A DNA stretch of 64,000 bases from Octopus sinensis (Eukaryota): positions 55,676,001-55,740,000 of the forward strand of contig NC_043001.1 of NCBI RefSeq assembly GCF_006345805.1, written 5' to 3'. The notes under the pieces are model-generated. The model had not been told where the DNA came from and made no database searches. It saw only the letters and a program-made list of their open reading frames with translations. The position numbers and the translations under genes are program-made. Positions 1 through 12,467 of this stretch are shown here, piece by piece. Within the stretch, counting starts at the first letter, position 1. Each line of letters starts with the position of its first letter.

Positions 1-190
1 AGTCTTCTGGTGCTCATCCTGCAGACATGGCCAAACCGCTATAGCTTGTGCAATGGATCAGAAAGTATGGAATAACGGCATCACCAGAGTCCATCAACAA
101 ACAGTAGCCACAGCAGCATATAGTCGCGATGACAGTCTCCCTCCAGTCACCAGCTGGGGATTCCTCTTACTTATTTACCAAGTTTATTTT
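1..190 (-). mobile_element. Degraded RTE-like LINE-derived fragment
   Basis: Minus strand reads HKL*RFGHVCRM, resembling the RLRWFGHVxRM motif of RTE C-termini. A related sequence occurs at about 34920-35030. Confidence 0.45.
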
Positions 191-302
191 CCTCCCAGCC
201 ACAGTTTAGCACTTTTGATCGGAATTCTTACCATTTATTAAAAGAAATTCCTGTTGGGTTTTTTTTTTTTTTCTGGTGTCAAATTGAACTCAGAACATAA
301 AT

Positions 303-625
303 TGGCACTCTGTCAGTTGCAACAACAAGGGCTCCAGTTGATCCGATCAATGGAACAGCCTGCTTGTGAAGTTAATGTGCAAGTGGCTGAGCATTCCACA
401 GATGTGTGTATCCTTAATGTAGTTTTCAGGGAGATTCAGTACGACACACAGAAGTGTGACAAGGTTGGTCCTTTGAATTACAGGCACAATTCATTTTTGC
501 CAGCTGAGTGGACAAGAAGAATGTGAAATAAAGTGTCTTGTTCAAGAAACCTTATTTCACATTGTTGGGTATTGACCTCACGATTGTGAACTGAGTACTC
601 CTAGTCACTAAACCATGTGCCTTCA
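303..625 (-). mobile_element. tRNA-headed SINE, family S3
   Basis: Homologous to 6247-6565, 48915-49425 and 51020-51216 (shared ccagttgatccgatcaatggaacagcctgc and aaataaagtgtcttg blocks). Confidence 0.8.
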
Positions 626-931
626 CACTCAGAACAGAACCTTAAATAGAAGTTCTTTTTAAGTACTCTACCAATCCTATCATCCACTATTTTTGAGGAT
701 GATAACGATGACAAATCTTTATGTTTCTTTAGCAGAAGGCCACATTTTTGGGAAGGTGTAAGTCAAGGGTTGATTACTATTTTTGTTATTGATTTCATAT
801 GGATTAAAAACAGATATTGATACCAAGATTTCAACTCAGAACGTAAAGAGACACAGTTAAATAATACAAGTGTCACATAGGTATGTCATATCAATTACTA
901 TACAGTTTCTTTTCTTTCATTTTTTTTTTTT

Positions 932-1160
932 TTAACCCTTTCGTTACCAACCCGGCTGAAACCGCCTCTGACTCTGTAGTACAAATGTCTTGTTTTCATA
1001 AGTCTTGAATTAAAATTTTCCAGCAACCCTTAGTCACAATTTATGTTCCTAACATTAGCTTAATGATAACTAAGTTATTTTACTAAATTCTTTGTTATAT
1101 TTAAAGTAAATGAAAGAAACACAGAGCATCTCAAAATAAATACGGTAATGAAAGGGTTAA
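932..1160 (+). mobile_element. piggyBac-like MITE family A
   Basis: TTAA-CCCTTTCGTTACC ... GGTAATGAAAGGG-TTAA terminal inverted repeats with TTAA on both sides. Copies at 12245, 37684 and 46566. Confidence 0.88.
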
Positions 1161-1645
1161 GAGTACAATATCCATTCTGCTGTATTTTACTCTTCTTTTA
1201 GTTCATATGTGAAAATCCTGCAACAATGTCACTTCAGCATTTCTGAAGGTTTACATTTCCTTTCCCACAAATATAGTTATAACTTTTTTCTGTACATGTA
1301 TAAAGAAATTTGCTGCAAAAATTTTCTGTGTATTGTTATAGCACTTTTAGTATTCATTCTGAGTTAACTGAATATACCAATACAATCATCATCATTGAAC
1401 ATTCTGCATGTGGATGAGCAGTCTAGCTGATCTATGAGATCATCATCATCATCATTGCCATCACTTCTGCTGTTACTGCTGCCATCATCATCATAGTCAT
1501 TAAGGTGATTATTAATAAGAACACTGAAATTTATTTTGTGACATGCAGCTATATTTTAGGTGCAAATCCCACTAATCTTAATATATAAAACAGTGTGTGT
1601 GTGTGTGTGTGTGTGCACACGTGTATGTTCCTTATGGATTCAGAA

Positions 1646-2013
1646 ACTTGTTTCAGTCATTTGACTGCGGCCATGCTGGAGAACCGCCTTTAGTTGAGCA
1701 AATCGACCCTAGGACTTATTCTTTGGAAGCCTAGTACTTATTCTATTGGTTTCTTTTGCCGAACCGCTAAGTTACAGGGACGTAAACACACCAGCATGGG
1801 TTGTCAAGCAATGTTGGGGGGACAAACAGACATAGAAACACACACACATATATATACATATATATGATGGGCTTCTTTCAGTTTCCGTCTACCAAATCCA
1901 CTCAGCCCGAGGCTATAGTAGAAGACACTTGCCCAAGGTGCCACACAGTGGGACTGAACCCGAAACTATGTGGTTGGTAAGCAAGCTACTTACCACACAG
2001 CCACTCCTGTGCC
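1646..2013 (-). mobile_element. Octopod tRNA-derived SINE, family S1 (near full length)
   Basis: Minus strand has an A-box-like TGGCTGTGTGG, a B-box-like GGTTCAGTCC and an internal CA/TA microsatellite. More than 10 homologous copies in the window. Confidence 0.88.
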
Positions 2014-3129
2014 TTGAAAATCTTCCACTTAATGTTGGAATCAGTTGTGTATATTCTTCCAAATTGCAAATATAGTTGGATAAATTTGTTGGTGTTCTGG
2101 GTTAAAAGGCTGAAATACCATTGTTTCAATTTACCTTCTACCTTACATACACGAGAGTGAGAGAGGGGGGGGGGATGTGTGGCGTGTATGAGTGCATGCA
2201 CATGAATGCGACAGCATGCTCATATGCAGAAATCATGTATGAGCACATGTGTTCATTTGCATGTATTATCAGAATGCCTTCAATGATCACATTTCTAAAA
2301 ACATATTGGCTGTCTTTGAAATTTTGCATACAATTCCTGCTTAACAGTGAATAGGCAGAGCAAACCACACTCTCCTTCCTCCCTACTCCACTTCCCAAAA
2401 TCATTATCATACTCTGTAACTATGTTTGTTCTTTTTATTGCTTACATTTTATAAATATATATATTTTTTATTACTTTTTATTGCTATAATTATTTCTTTG
2501 TTCTTTTATCATTATTTACCTTTTATGACTATTTTTCCATGACTTTTATCTTTCATCCATATTTTTAAAAATTATTCTCTTCTACACCCAATCAAAAGCT
2601 ATTGTTTATCTTGGTTTTCCTATATATTCAAAATAAAGGATTTCTTTGACGACTATTCATATTTTGTCTGAAGATCGGAGACATGGAACTTATGAGATGT
2701 ATTATAAAATGAAATGTCAGCTTCTGCAAATAGTCAGTGTGTGTATGTGTGTGTCCATGTGCGCACACTCACACAGAAGGATAGGAGAGAGAGGAAAGCT
2801 GGTGAATAAAGTCTACCAATCAGCACAAAAATGGCACCGTTTTTCACACAACTTTCTGAAGATTATTAATAGTTCTGAGAGAGAACTAGCGACATAACAT
2901 GAGAGATTGAGACTAGTGGGAAATTTTCTCTAAGTATGATTCAATTAGGTTGTCTAAGTAAATAGAGATGGCATATACACATAAATACCACCTTCAGTAA
3001 GCAATTCTATTCTTCAATGCTTAAATATTTAGTTTATCACATTTATAGTTTAGTTGTATATATTTGGGGTTTACAGCTTTTTGCTTTAGTTTTATTTCAA
3101 TCTAAATACTTGCATTTTTTTAACGTATA

Positions 3130-3719
3130 TTACTGTGTATATGTGTGTGTGTTTTGCACACATACAGCCATCTATATACATGATATATACACATATGCAC
3201 ATATATGCATTTATATCTATATGTAAATCTGTATATGTGCATGTATGAATGTGTTTATGTGTGTCTATAATATATATATATACGCACACATACACACACC
3301 CACATCCATCTATATACATGATATATATATATGTGTGTATATATATATATACATACACACATCTATCCATCTACACGATATATATATATATACACACACA
3401 CATCCATATATATATGTGTGTGTACATATATATGTATATGTCCATGTATGTACATATTTGCTGAACGGCTTTGTAAAATATGCCTCAGGTTAGACAAATG
3501 AAGTTGCGTTATATTTGACATGTTTGTCAAAGTTCTATACATACACACAAATGTGCATGTATGTAAGTATATACTATGTGTGTATGTATGTATGCATGTA
3601 TGTGTGTATGTATGCATGTATGTATGTATGTATGCATATATATATATATTATATATATATATATATATATACACATGGATGCATGTATTTATGTATCCAT
3701 ATATGAAGATGTGTGTATG

Positions 3720-3756
<37 letters not shown>

Positions 3757-3799
3757 GGATGCATGTATTTATGTATCCATATATGAAGATGTGTGTATG

Positions 3800-3841
<42 letters not shown>

Positions 3842-3900
3842 TTCATACAAATACACAAAATCTATCTATAATATGTGTGTGTGTAGGTGTGTGTGTGTAT
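3130..3900. repeat. TA/CA/TATG compound microsatellite with an 80-bp tandem duplication (3671-3750 / 3751-3830)
   Basis: acacatggatgcatgtatttatgtatccatatatgaagatg... repeated at an 80-bp offset. Confidence 0.9.
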
Positions 3901-4309
3901 ATTTGTGTTTTTGTAAACTGGTAAATTTCTTCATTCAAGTTACCATATGTTAAAAAACTGCCGCTGGTGTTGAAACCTACCGAGTTAGATGTGTTTATTG
4001 CAGTAGAAGGAAAACAAAATAAAGTTACCAAAAAATGTCTTGGAAAAAAAAAAAATGAAGGAACAGTGGCATTTGAAAGAATATGTCTGCTGTGTGTTTT
4101 TTGATGTTGTTATCTTTCTGGAGAACCGTTGCATTTTATCACTTTCCTTCTTTTTTTTTTTGTATACAAACACGTGTGTGGGTGTGTGTGTGTGTGTGTG
4201 TGTGTGAGAAAGAGAGAGCGAGAGGAGGAAGGGAGAGAGACAGATAAAAAGTGTAAGGGAGAAGGAAAATCCTGTGTGCAAGTGTGTGTTCTGTTGTGTT
4301 TCTAGTAAC

Positions 4310-4610
4310 AGACCACCACTACCACCACCACCACCATCAACATCACCACCGCCACCAACACTACCAGTGCCATTCCAACTACAACTACTGCCACAAGCAC
4401 AACCACCACCAATACCACCAGTATAAGAACCACCAGCACTGACACGCCACAATCACCACCACTATTATCACTCTAGCAGCATAACGTCATCACACCACCA
4501 CTGCCACCACCACCACCACCACCACCACCACCACCACTATTAACCCCAGTATTAACACCAGAATCATCACCAGACCTAACACCACTTCCTCCACCACCAG
4601 CACCACAACT
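4310..4610. repeat. Degenerate (CCA)n trinucleotide tract
   Basis: Direct inspection. It is the source of the Gly-rich ORF 3985-4452. Confidence 0.85.
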
Positions 4611-5399
4611 TACAGTTCTACAATTCTAAATGGTAAAAGGATACAGCTGTAACTGCCATGTCCCAAAAGGGATGCCAATAGATGGATAACATAGGAATTT
4701 TATACAGATGCTGCATAGACAACTGATGATGAATCATAATTGGCCTTGTGGATGCCATTACTATAGCTGTGGTCATCATTAACAGAAGAGTTTTGCACAC
4801 CAATTTCACCACAGAACTTTGGCATATTGTGTTTCAACACATTTATAATAAAAAACAAAAAACAAAAGAAATAAAAAAGAATAAAGAAAAAAAAGGTAAA
4901 AGAAAACAACCTGCTCCAAGTTGTTCCATTTTTCGTCGTTTGTTTTTCCTTAAACAGTAAACTTCTCGTTATTCTTGTCATCATCATCATCATCAACATA
5001 ACACAGCCATCATTATATCATCATTGTATATTGAATGATTTCATCATCATCATCATCATCTCTAGCATCACATTCACTAATTTCATCAGCATCATCATAT
5101 AAAAGCATGACATCATTGCCACCATTGGCATAGTTATTGTAATCATCATCACCATCATCATCACTGTTATAATCATTACCTGCATCTCAATAATTATACA
5201 ATCAGTATAGCTATCATCCTCAACCTCACCACCATTATAACCACTACCATCAGAATTAGTATATAACTTCAAACATCATTGCTATCATGATAACCATCAT
5301 CACACTTGTAACCCTGACATCAACCTACCCTTTGTCTTTGCTGTCAATGTTAAAACATTTGTCAACCCACCTGACCACATCAATATAGCTTACAATGAG

Positions 5400-5590
5400 C
5401 CAACATAGAGCCTCTACATAGCCACTTGACCGCTAGAAACATCAGCCAAATCTCACTTAAATTATACTCCACCATTTAAAAATGGACTTGCTGGATAATG
5501 TGCTCAAGGAATTCCAGTGCATAGTAGAAAAACAAGATGATTTCTGCTGTAATACATTTGATCATACGTTTGCTCAGTCAGAGCTGACCA
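5400..5590 (+). mobile_element. Old high-copy interspersed repeat (ctagaaatagcagccaaatctccctc family)
   Basis: Decayed copies recur at about 11930, 12800, 13360 (-), 21810, 26830, 48500, 48760 (-), 56940, 59270 and 59610. Confidence 0.6.
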
Positions 5591-6246
5591 AGAAAATATC
5601 TTAATTTTTGAAATCTCAAAATCGTGTTGTTACTGAGATTGATTGAGGTTGGAGTCATTTGCCTTCAAAACTTTTGGGGGAGCAGGAGCAAAAAAAAAAA
5701 AAAAATCACCAAAAAGATTTGTCTGCAGTGGGTTGGAGGTCAACACAAAATTAACCAGTATCTAACTGGCCTAATAAACAACCCGGTTTAACAATACCAT
5801 CTGGTTCTTGGATAACTTAGTGTAGGTGGTAGACCTAACAGACCTACTGGTTTAGCACCACCACTCCACTTCTCTTCTTTGGGTATGTTTATTGCTGAAT
5901 GGTAGGTTTAATACATTGATTGGCATAACAACATCATCATCCCAAAACTCGGGGAAACTTTAATCTTGAGGAGTAGGCTTAACGATACTGATTGGTACAA
6001 TAGTCCCAACAAATTGTCTACCGTCAAAGAAGTTCATTCTGTAGCAAGAATTTGGAAACATGGACATTGAGTTTCATCTCATGCTTAGATGTTTTTCTGC
6101 AGATATTAGCTGCCAGATAGACACAGGTAACTTCACTTTCTCAAGTAGGTGGATGGGGAGCAGCACATATTATGGATATTGTCCTTCTTCTGAAATCTCA
6201 TATGAACAGTCAAGGAGGGGAGTTAACTGCTGTTACTGACAAGTTT

Positions 6247-6565
6247 GGTACTCAGTCAGTTACAACTACAAGAGATCCAGTTGATCCAATCAATGGAACA
6301 ACCTGCTTGTGAAATTAATATGCATGCAGCTGAGCACTCCACAGACATGTGTACCCTTAATGTACTTCTCAGGGAGATTCAGTATGACACAGAGAGTGAC
6401 AAGGCTGGCCCTTTGAAATACAGGTACTGCTCATTTTTACTAGCTGAGTGAACTGGGGTAACATGAAATAAAGTGTCTTGCTCAAGGACACAACACATCG
6501 CCAGGAATTGAACTCACAACCTTACAATCATGAGCTGAATACCCCTAACCACTAAGCCACATGTC
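6247..6565 (-). mobile_element. SINE family S3
   Basis: Homologous to 303-625. tRNA-like head on the minus strand (gtggcttagtggttagggg ... gagttcaattcc). Confidence 0.85.
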
Positions 6566-7371
6566 TTATCTGACAGGTTTATTACACAAAAAAATCCATT
6601 CTCAATGGAGATGGGGATTACTTGATATTACTGACAGTGCGTTACACAAGCTGGTCAGTTTTGGCTGAAGAATTATACGTTCTTGGCAGTTTGTAACATA
6701 TGCTAATCTGACTCTAGATTTGGCCACAAAACATTGACAACAATAACGACAAGAACAACACTATAAAGGCACTGGGTAAATGGACAAAGCAAAGTAAATT
6801 ACTAAAATAATTAGGATCAATACAGTGATTTATAAAAAGCAACATTTCACCCTCCACTCTCATGTTCCTCTCTTTGTCAGTGAGTGTTTCACTTAAGAGA
6901 GAAGTGTTTATCTTCAGTCCTTTCAATCTTGCTCATCATACAGTCTTTGTTGGAAAATTACCTGCTCTTCTCAACTGAAAGAAGACTATGGAGCAATCCC
7001 CATGATGGACTTTGCATGGTAGCTAAATCTATCCCATGTCAACAGCTGTTTGACATAAATTCACAAGTCAGTAGACAGTGAATGAAAGAATTAAGGGTTT
7101 CTGATGTAAGCAGGCACGAGGCTATAAATTTGGGGAAAGGGAAAAGTTCAACTCTAGTATATTTAACTGGTATTTATTTTATGAACTGTGGCAGCTGAAA
7201 GGTAAAGTCGTTTGAATTTGGAATCAAACAGTAAAGTGAAGCAACTAAAAACTACAGAGTGTTTTTTTTTATACTTCTTATTTAATGTTCTACATTTTCT
7301 TCCAAATGTCACCCCTGAACCACACATTTTTTCCAATGATCTACTACTTCTTATTTCTTTACTGCCCACAT

Positions 7372-7768
7372 AGGGCTGCACACAGCGGGGACAAACACGG
7401 AGAGACAAACTGATTATGTTGATTATATCAACCCCAGTGAGTAACTGGTACTTATCCCAACAAATTGTCTACCGTCAAAGAAGTTCATTCTGTAGCAAGA
7501 ATTTGGAAACATGGACATTGAGTTTCATCTCATGCTTAGATGTTTTAGCTGCCACTTTCTCAAGTAGGTGGATGGGGAGCAGCACACGGAGAGACAAACG
7601 GATTATGTCGATTATATCGACCCCAGTGAGTAACTGGTACTTATCTAAATGACCCCGAAAGGATGAAAGGCAAAGTCGACCTCAGCGAAATTTGAACTCA
7701 GAACGTAGTGGCAGACGAAATACTAAGCATTTCGCCCAGCATGCTAATGTTTCTGCCAGCTTGCCACC
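7372..7768 (-). mobile_element. SINE family S2, interrupted by a templated insertion (7455-7586) and a 62-bp duplication
   Basis: gaccccgaaaggatgaaaggcaaagtcgacctcagcgaaatttgaactcagaacgt is the reverse complement of the S2 body seen at 9978, 17206 and 52303. Confidence 0.85.
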
Positions 7769-8612
7769 TACTTCTGATCTACTACTTATGCCAATCCATT
7801 GCTCCTGCACCATACATGTACTTATTCTTGATCATGGTAGACCTAGGGCTAAACAAAAACATCAAGCTCGTGTCAAATGAAGTCAATCATTTCTAAAGAA
7901 TTTCCAGGAAACCAATAGACAATCCCTACATGATTTCCACTGCAAATCATGGAGTTATGGATTTGTACAAAGATATGTGGAAGGGCATTACAGTCACACA
8001 CATACACGCACAATAATACACACATACAAACAATAACAAACTTACATACATACCATAGACACATACACGCATAGATACATGTACAAGCATGTAAAGGTGC
8101 GAAACTAACTGAGTGAAAGACTTTTCCTACATGTATGCGTATGCATGTGTAAATATGGCTAAGTATATAAATGTGTTTGTGGGAGGTAGTGATGTGTGTA
8201 TATGTGTGAGAGTGAGATGGTGGCTGTAAATGCATGCAAGAGTATATCTTTGCATATATGCATGCATCCTTATCGAGATATTTAGACAAATGGGTGGTAA
8301 CATATTGTTGGAACAGATTTCCATTTCCTCCACCACCCTCTGATCATTCACTCACACTTTTCTCCTCAACTCTTTCTTTCCCTTCCCTATCAGCACACAC
8401 ACACACAGACACACACACACACACACATATGTACAAAAGTGTGTGCATGAGTGTGTGTGTGTGTGTAAATATGTACACTGATAAACATAGGTGTATGTTT
8501 ATACATACATATACATATATACACACACGCACATACACATATATATATATCTACATACACACACATATATATCTACATACACACACACACACACACAAAC
8601 GTATCTTTTATT

Positions 8613-8990
8613 TTTTGTTTCAGTCATTAGACTCTGCCCATGCTGGGGCACCACTTTGGAGAATTTTTTAGTAGATTGAATTGACCCCAGGACTTATTTG
8701 TTAAGCCAGGCATTTATTCTATTGGATTCTTTTGCCGAACTGCTAAGTTACAGGGACATAATCACACCAGTACCAGTTGTCAAATGGTGGTGGAGAACAA
8801 ACACAGTCAGAAGGACACACAGATAGATATATATATATACACATACGATGGGTTTCTTTCAGTTTCTCTCTACTAAATCCACTCACAAGGCCTTGATCAA
8901 CACCTCGTCTAAGGTGCTATGTAGTGGGACTGAACCAAGAACCATGTTATTGTGAAGCAAGTTTCTTACCACACAGCCATGCCTGTGCCT
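8613..8990 (-). mobile_element. SINE family S1
   Basis: Homologous to 1646-2013. Confidence 0.85.
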
Positions 8991-9462
8991 ATATATTCAT
9001 ACATACACAAACACACACACACATATATACACATACACACATATATAGATATACATATATTTCTTAAATAGGTTTTGGCCACATAGCTAGGTGTTTGTGT
9101 GTATGTGTCAGAGAGAAAGAGAGTTTCTGCATCCAGCCATGAAATACTCCATTTTCGTCTATAGTTACCAGAACTGTAAAGGAATATAAACAACAATAAC
9201 ATCAACAAAACTAAACAAAAAAAGAGCAAAAGTGAAGTGAACAGTGTCTGGGAAAATATCTCTCTTCACACATATCCTACCCTGGAGATATTTTGTTTCT
9301 CAGAAGATCAGGCTACATTTATCAACATATTTACTACTACCACTAACTACTGCTGCTATTACTATTAATATTGTAGCTCCTGAATTATCACATCAGACAT
9401 CAACATTATCATCATCACCACGATCCCAATATCTTTACGCAAGGGAATATGTGTGTGTGTGT

Positions 9463-9567
<105 letters not shown>

Positions 9568-9679
9568 ATTTAACAGTAGTAGAATAGATCAATAACATAT
9601 TTTACATAGTGCAAACATTATTTGGTATAGAACTCAATAAGCTGGGTAAAGTGAATAAATATATATTGATTGCATCAAA

Positions 9680-9774
9680 GTTGGCAGTCTACTCTGAGTT
9701 TCACCCTTAGCTAGGCTGCTTACGACAATGATGAACAACCCAGCCAAGAGTGAGACTCAGAGTGGTCTGTCAAC
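9680..9774. repeat. 41-bp-arm inverted repeat with a 13-nt loop
   Basis: 9680-9720 versus the reverse complement of 9734-9774: 32/41 identical, 8 of the 9 differences are transitions. Confidence 0.85.
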
Positions 9775-9977
9775 ACATAATGTGTGTGTGTGTGTGTGTT
9801 TTCCCAAGTCCTTTTACAACTTACTCCATAGTGCATGTATTACATGCCATAACAACAGTTAATTTAATTGACTGAAAATCTCTAAACAGACTAGTGAATT
9901 TCAGAACATTGTTGTTCCAAACCAAATATAAAGGACTAATAAAAATATGAAAAATTTAAAAAAAACATAAAACTTGA

Positions 9978-10190
9978 AGACGGGTAAGCTGGCAGAATCG
10001 TTAGCACGCCAGGCAAAATATTTAAGCAGTCTTTCATCTCTGTCTTTATGTTCTACGATCAACTTTTGCCAGTGTTGACTTTGCCTTTCATCCTTTTGGG
10101 GTCAATAAAATAAGTACCAATCAAGTACAGGGGGTCAATGAGAACAATTTAGTCCCTCCCCGACCCCTGTACCAAAATTTGAAACCAATA
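9978..10190 (+). mobile_element. SINE family S2
   Basis: aagctggcagaatcgttagcacgccagg ... ctttgcctttcatcc ... aaaatttgaaaccaat. Confidence 0.85.
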
Positions 10191-10791
10191 TATATATATA
10201 TAAATAATATGGATGATGACTGAAAGAAATTGTAACACTGCCTATGGGACTCAAATGGTATGTCTTCTGTAAACTATGTAGGTGTGCTAACCACCAAAGC
10301 AGGATTACATCACTGTAACATCGCCTATGTCAGTAAATCTATATATATATAAAGCAAACATGCAAATACACACAGAAACACATATTTGCACACACACACA
10401 CACACACATTTCTCTACTCTATTGCAAGTAATTTAGCCCACTGAAAGAACTGAAATCAGTTCTGTGAACCAATGAAAGATGCAAATTCTACAGAGTTGAA
10501 ACTACAGCCCACAGCAAATTATACCAACCAATTTTGTCGCCTGAACCAATGAACAATTCTTTAAACAGGGAGTGGGGAACCCGTTGCTTACTAATTATAT
10601 TTGAAACTCCTTTTAGCTGAAGTCTCTCAAAACTCACATGAAAAAAAGGTCAAAAACTTAATACAGAAAACTAGTAATTTAATGTAAGTTGCATACCAAT
10701 GGATTAGTAAACAGTTTTTATTTCTTTTTCTCAGCACAGATGCACCCAGCATGTTCTTGTGCACATGCTGTTTGCTTCTGCTGCTCTAGAC

Positions 10792-11020
10792 GTCTGGTTC
10801 TCAAACATTTTTTACCTATGAACCTCTTCGTTTACTATTTTATTCTGGTGGACACCTCAGAGCCATTCAATGCATAAAAACTAATTTTTTTTACATACTT
10901 CTTTCAAAATACCTATTTTGTTATTCGCTCATTCAGTTGTACAGGTTGAACTATGTAAAATGATAGAGAAAGAAACCTAGCTATTTCTTACAATAAATAC
11001 AATGAAATCAAAATATTTTA
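10792..11020 (+). mobile_element. hAT/Charlie-like non-autonomous element, partial
   Basis: Starts (c)tggttctcaaacatttttt. A reverse-complement homologue at 59945-60189 ends in gagaaccactg (CAGTGGTTCTC terminus). Confidence 0.65.
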
Positions 11021-11288
11021 TGAGTGAATGGATTTGGTAAATGGAAACAGAAAGAAGTCTGTGTGTGTGTGTGTATGTGTGTGTATGTGTGTGTCCCTTC
11101 ACCATTTGACAACCAGTGTTGGTGTGTTTATGTCACCATAACTTAGTGGCTTGGCAAAACAGACAAATAGAGTAAGTACTAGGCTTAAAAAAACTATAGG
11201 TGCTGGAGTCAATTTGTTTGAGAAAAATTCTTCAAGGCGGTGACCCATGGTTGCAGTCTGATGACTGAAACAAATAAAAGACGAATAA
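11021..11288 (+). mobile_element. SINE family S1, 5'-truncated
   Basis: Reverse complement of the 1646-1900 portion of S1. Confidence 0.8.
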
Positions 11289-12244
11289 AAAACGCATTCT
11301 ATAACACAGTTGGTGTTAAAGTGCATTCAGCCATAAAAACTAAACCAAAAATTAAGCAGGAATAAAATGTGCCCCTCTGACTTATCTAGGTGATCAGTAT
11401 TCTTGCATATATGCTGATTCCAGCGACAATGATCTGTTCAACCCATGCCAGTATGGAAAGTGAATGGAAAATGGTGATGATGGTTACACATTTACTATTT
11501 AAACTATGCAAGCATGGAAAAATAGATGCAAAATGATGATGATGATGATATTGAAAGTATGCAGGAATGAAGACAGCAGTTAACTACTTTACATTTCCAA
11601 AAACTGACATACTTACATATGCATGCACATGTACATGCAGAGGCATACACAAGTCAGAAGAAGAAAATTGGAAATGTCATTGAATAATGTATTTGTTTCT
11701 TTCTAATTGTCAAGCATTTATTTCAATTAATTGACAGCAAACTTTATTCTTGCTTCATTATTGACACCCTCCTTCTCTCCACTCTACTGCCTTTCTCTCC
11801 CTCCCTTCCTTTGTATCTTCTTCTTCTTCTCTCTCTCTCTCTGCAAGCTTAATAAGCTAGATAATTGGATATACTGTTTTGAAATGGCTTTCCTGAAAGG
11901 ACACATTATGAAGAGAATAAACATTGGAGTCACTGACCCAATGAAGGCCAGTCTACATGGTTACTCAATCTACTACAAAGAGCAACCAAATATCTACCTC
12001 AGATCATATCCTTACATCTTAAAAACAAAGAGGATAGTGGACAAAGTGGACGACGTAGTCCTAAATACACTATAACTTGAAAGTAAAGTAGGATTATCAA
12101 AGGACTGTTCCACTAGAGATTGACCTAGGGTTCAAACAACAATAATATATCATTCAGATGACCAAAGCTAAGATAATCTCAGCATAATCACCCAACTTGT
12201 TCAATATGAAAGCCAAATACTTATACTAACTGTCAAATGTCATA

Positions 12245-12467
12245 CCCTTTCAGTACCAACCTGCCTGAAACCACCTCTGTTTCTATGTTACAAATTCTGT
12301 TTTAAAGTGAACTAAATTAAATTTACCGTCAAAATTCCATGTTAATTTATGTTTCAAAAACCAGCTTAATAATGTCAAAGATATTTTACTAAATTCTTCA
12401 TTATTTTCAAAATTAATCGAAACAAAGTTAGTTCATGCTGAAAGGAATATGGTAACAAAAGGGTTAA
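12245..12467 (+). mobile_element. MITE family A (diverged subfamily), followed by an older decayed copy to about 12705
   Basis: ccctttcagtaccaacctgcctgaaacc ... ggtaacaaaagggttaa. Confidence 0.8.

Noticed and set aside
1930-2013. tRNA-like A/B boxes here and in many other places
   Set aside because: These are SINE heads; none forms a complete cloverleaf tRNA gene.
6962-6974. Possible 13-nt minus-strand micro-exon (tcttctttcag|TTGAGAAGAGCAG|gtaatt)
   Set aside because: The splice sites look good but the length shifts the frame, and such pairs are expected by chance. It needs junction reads.
9060-9173. Minus-strand acceptor (tcctttacag) opening VLVTIDENGVFHGWMQKL in phase 1
   Set aside because: No plausible donor; the frame runs into microsatellite-like sequence and a stop.
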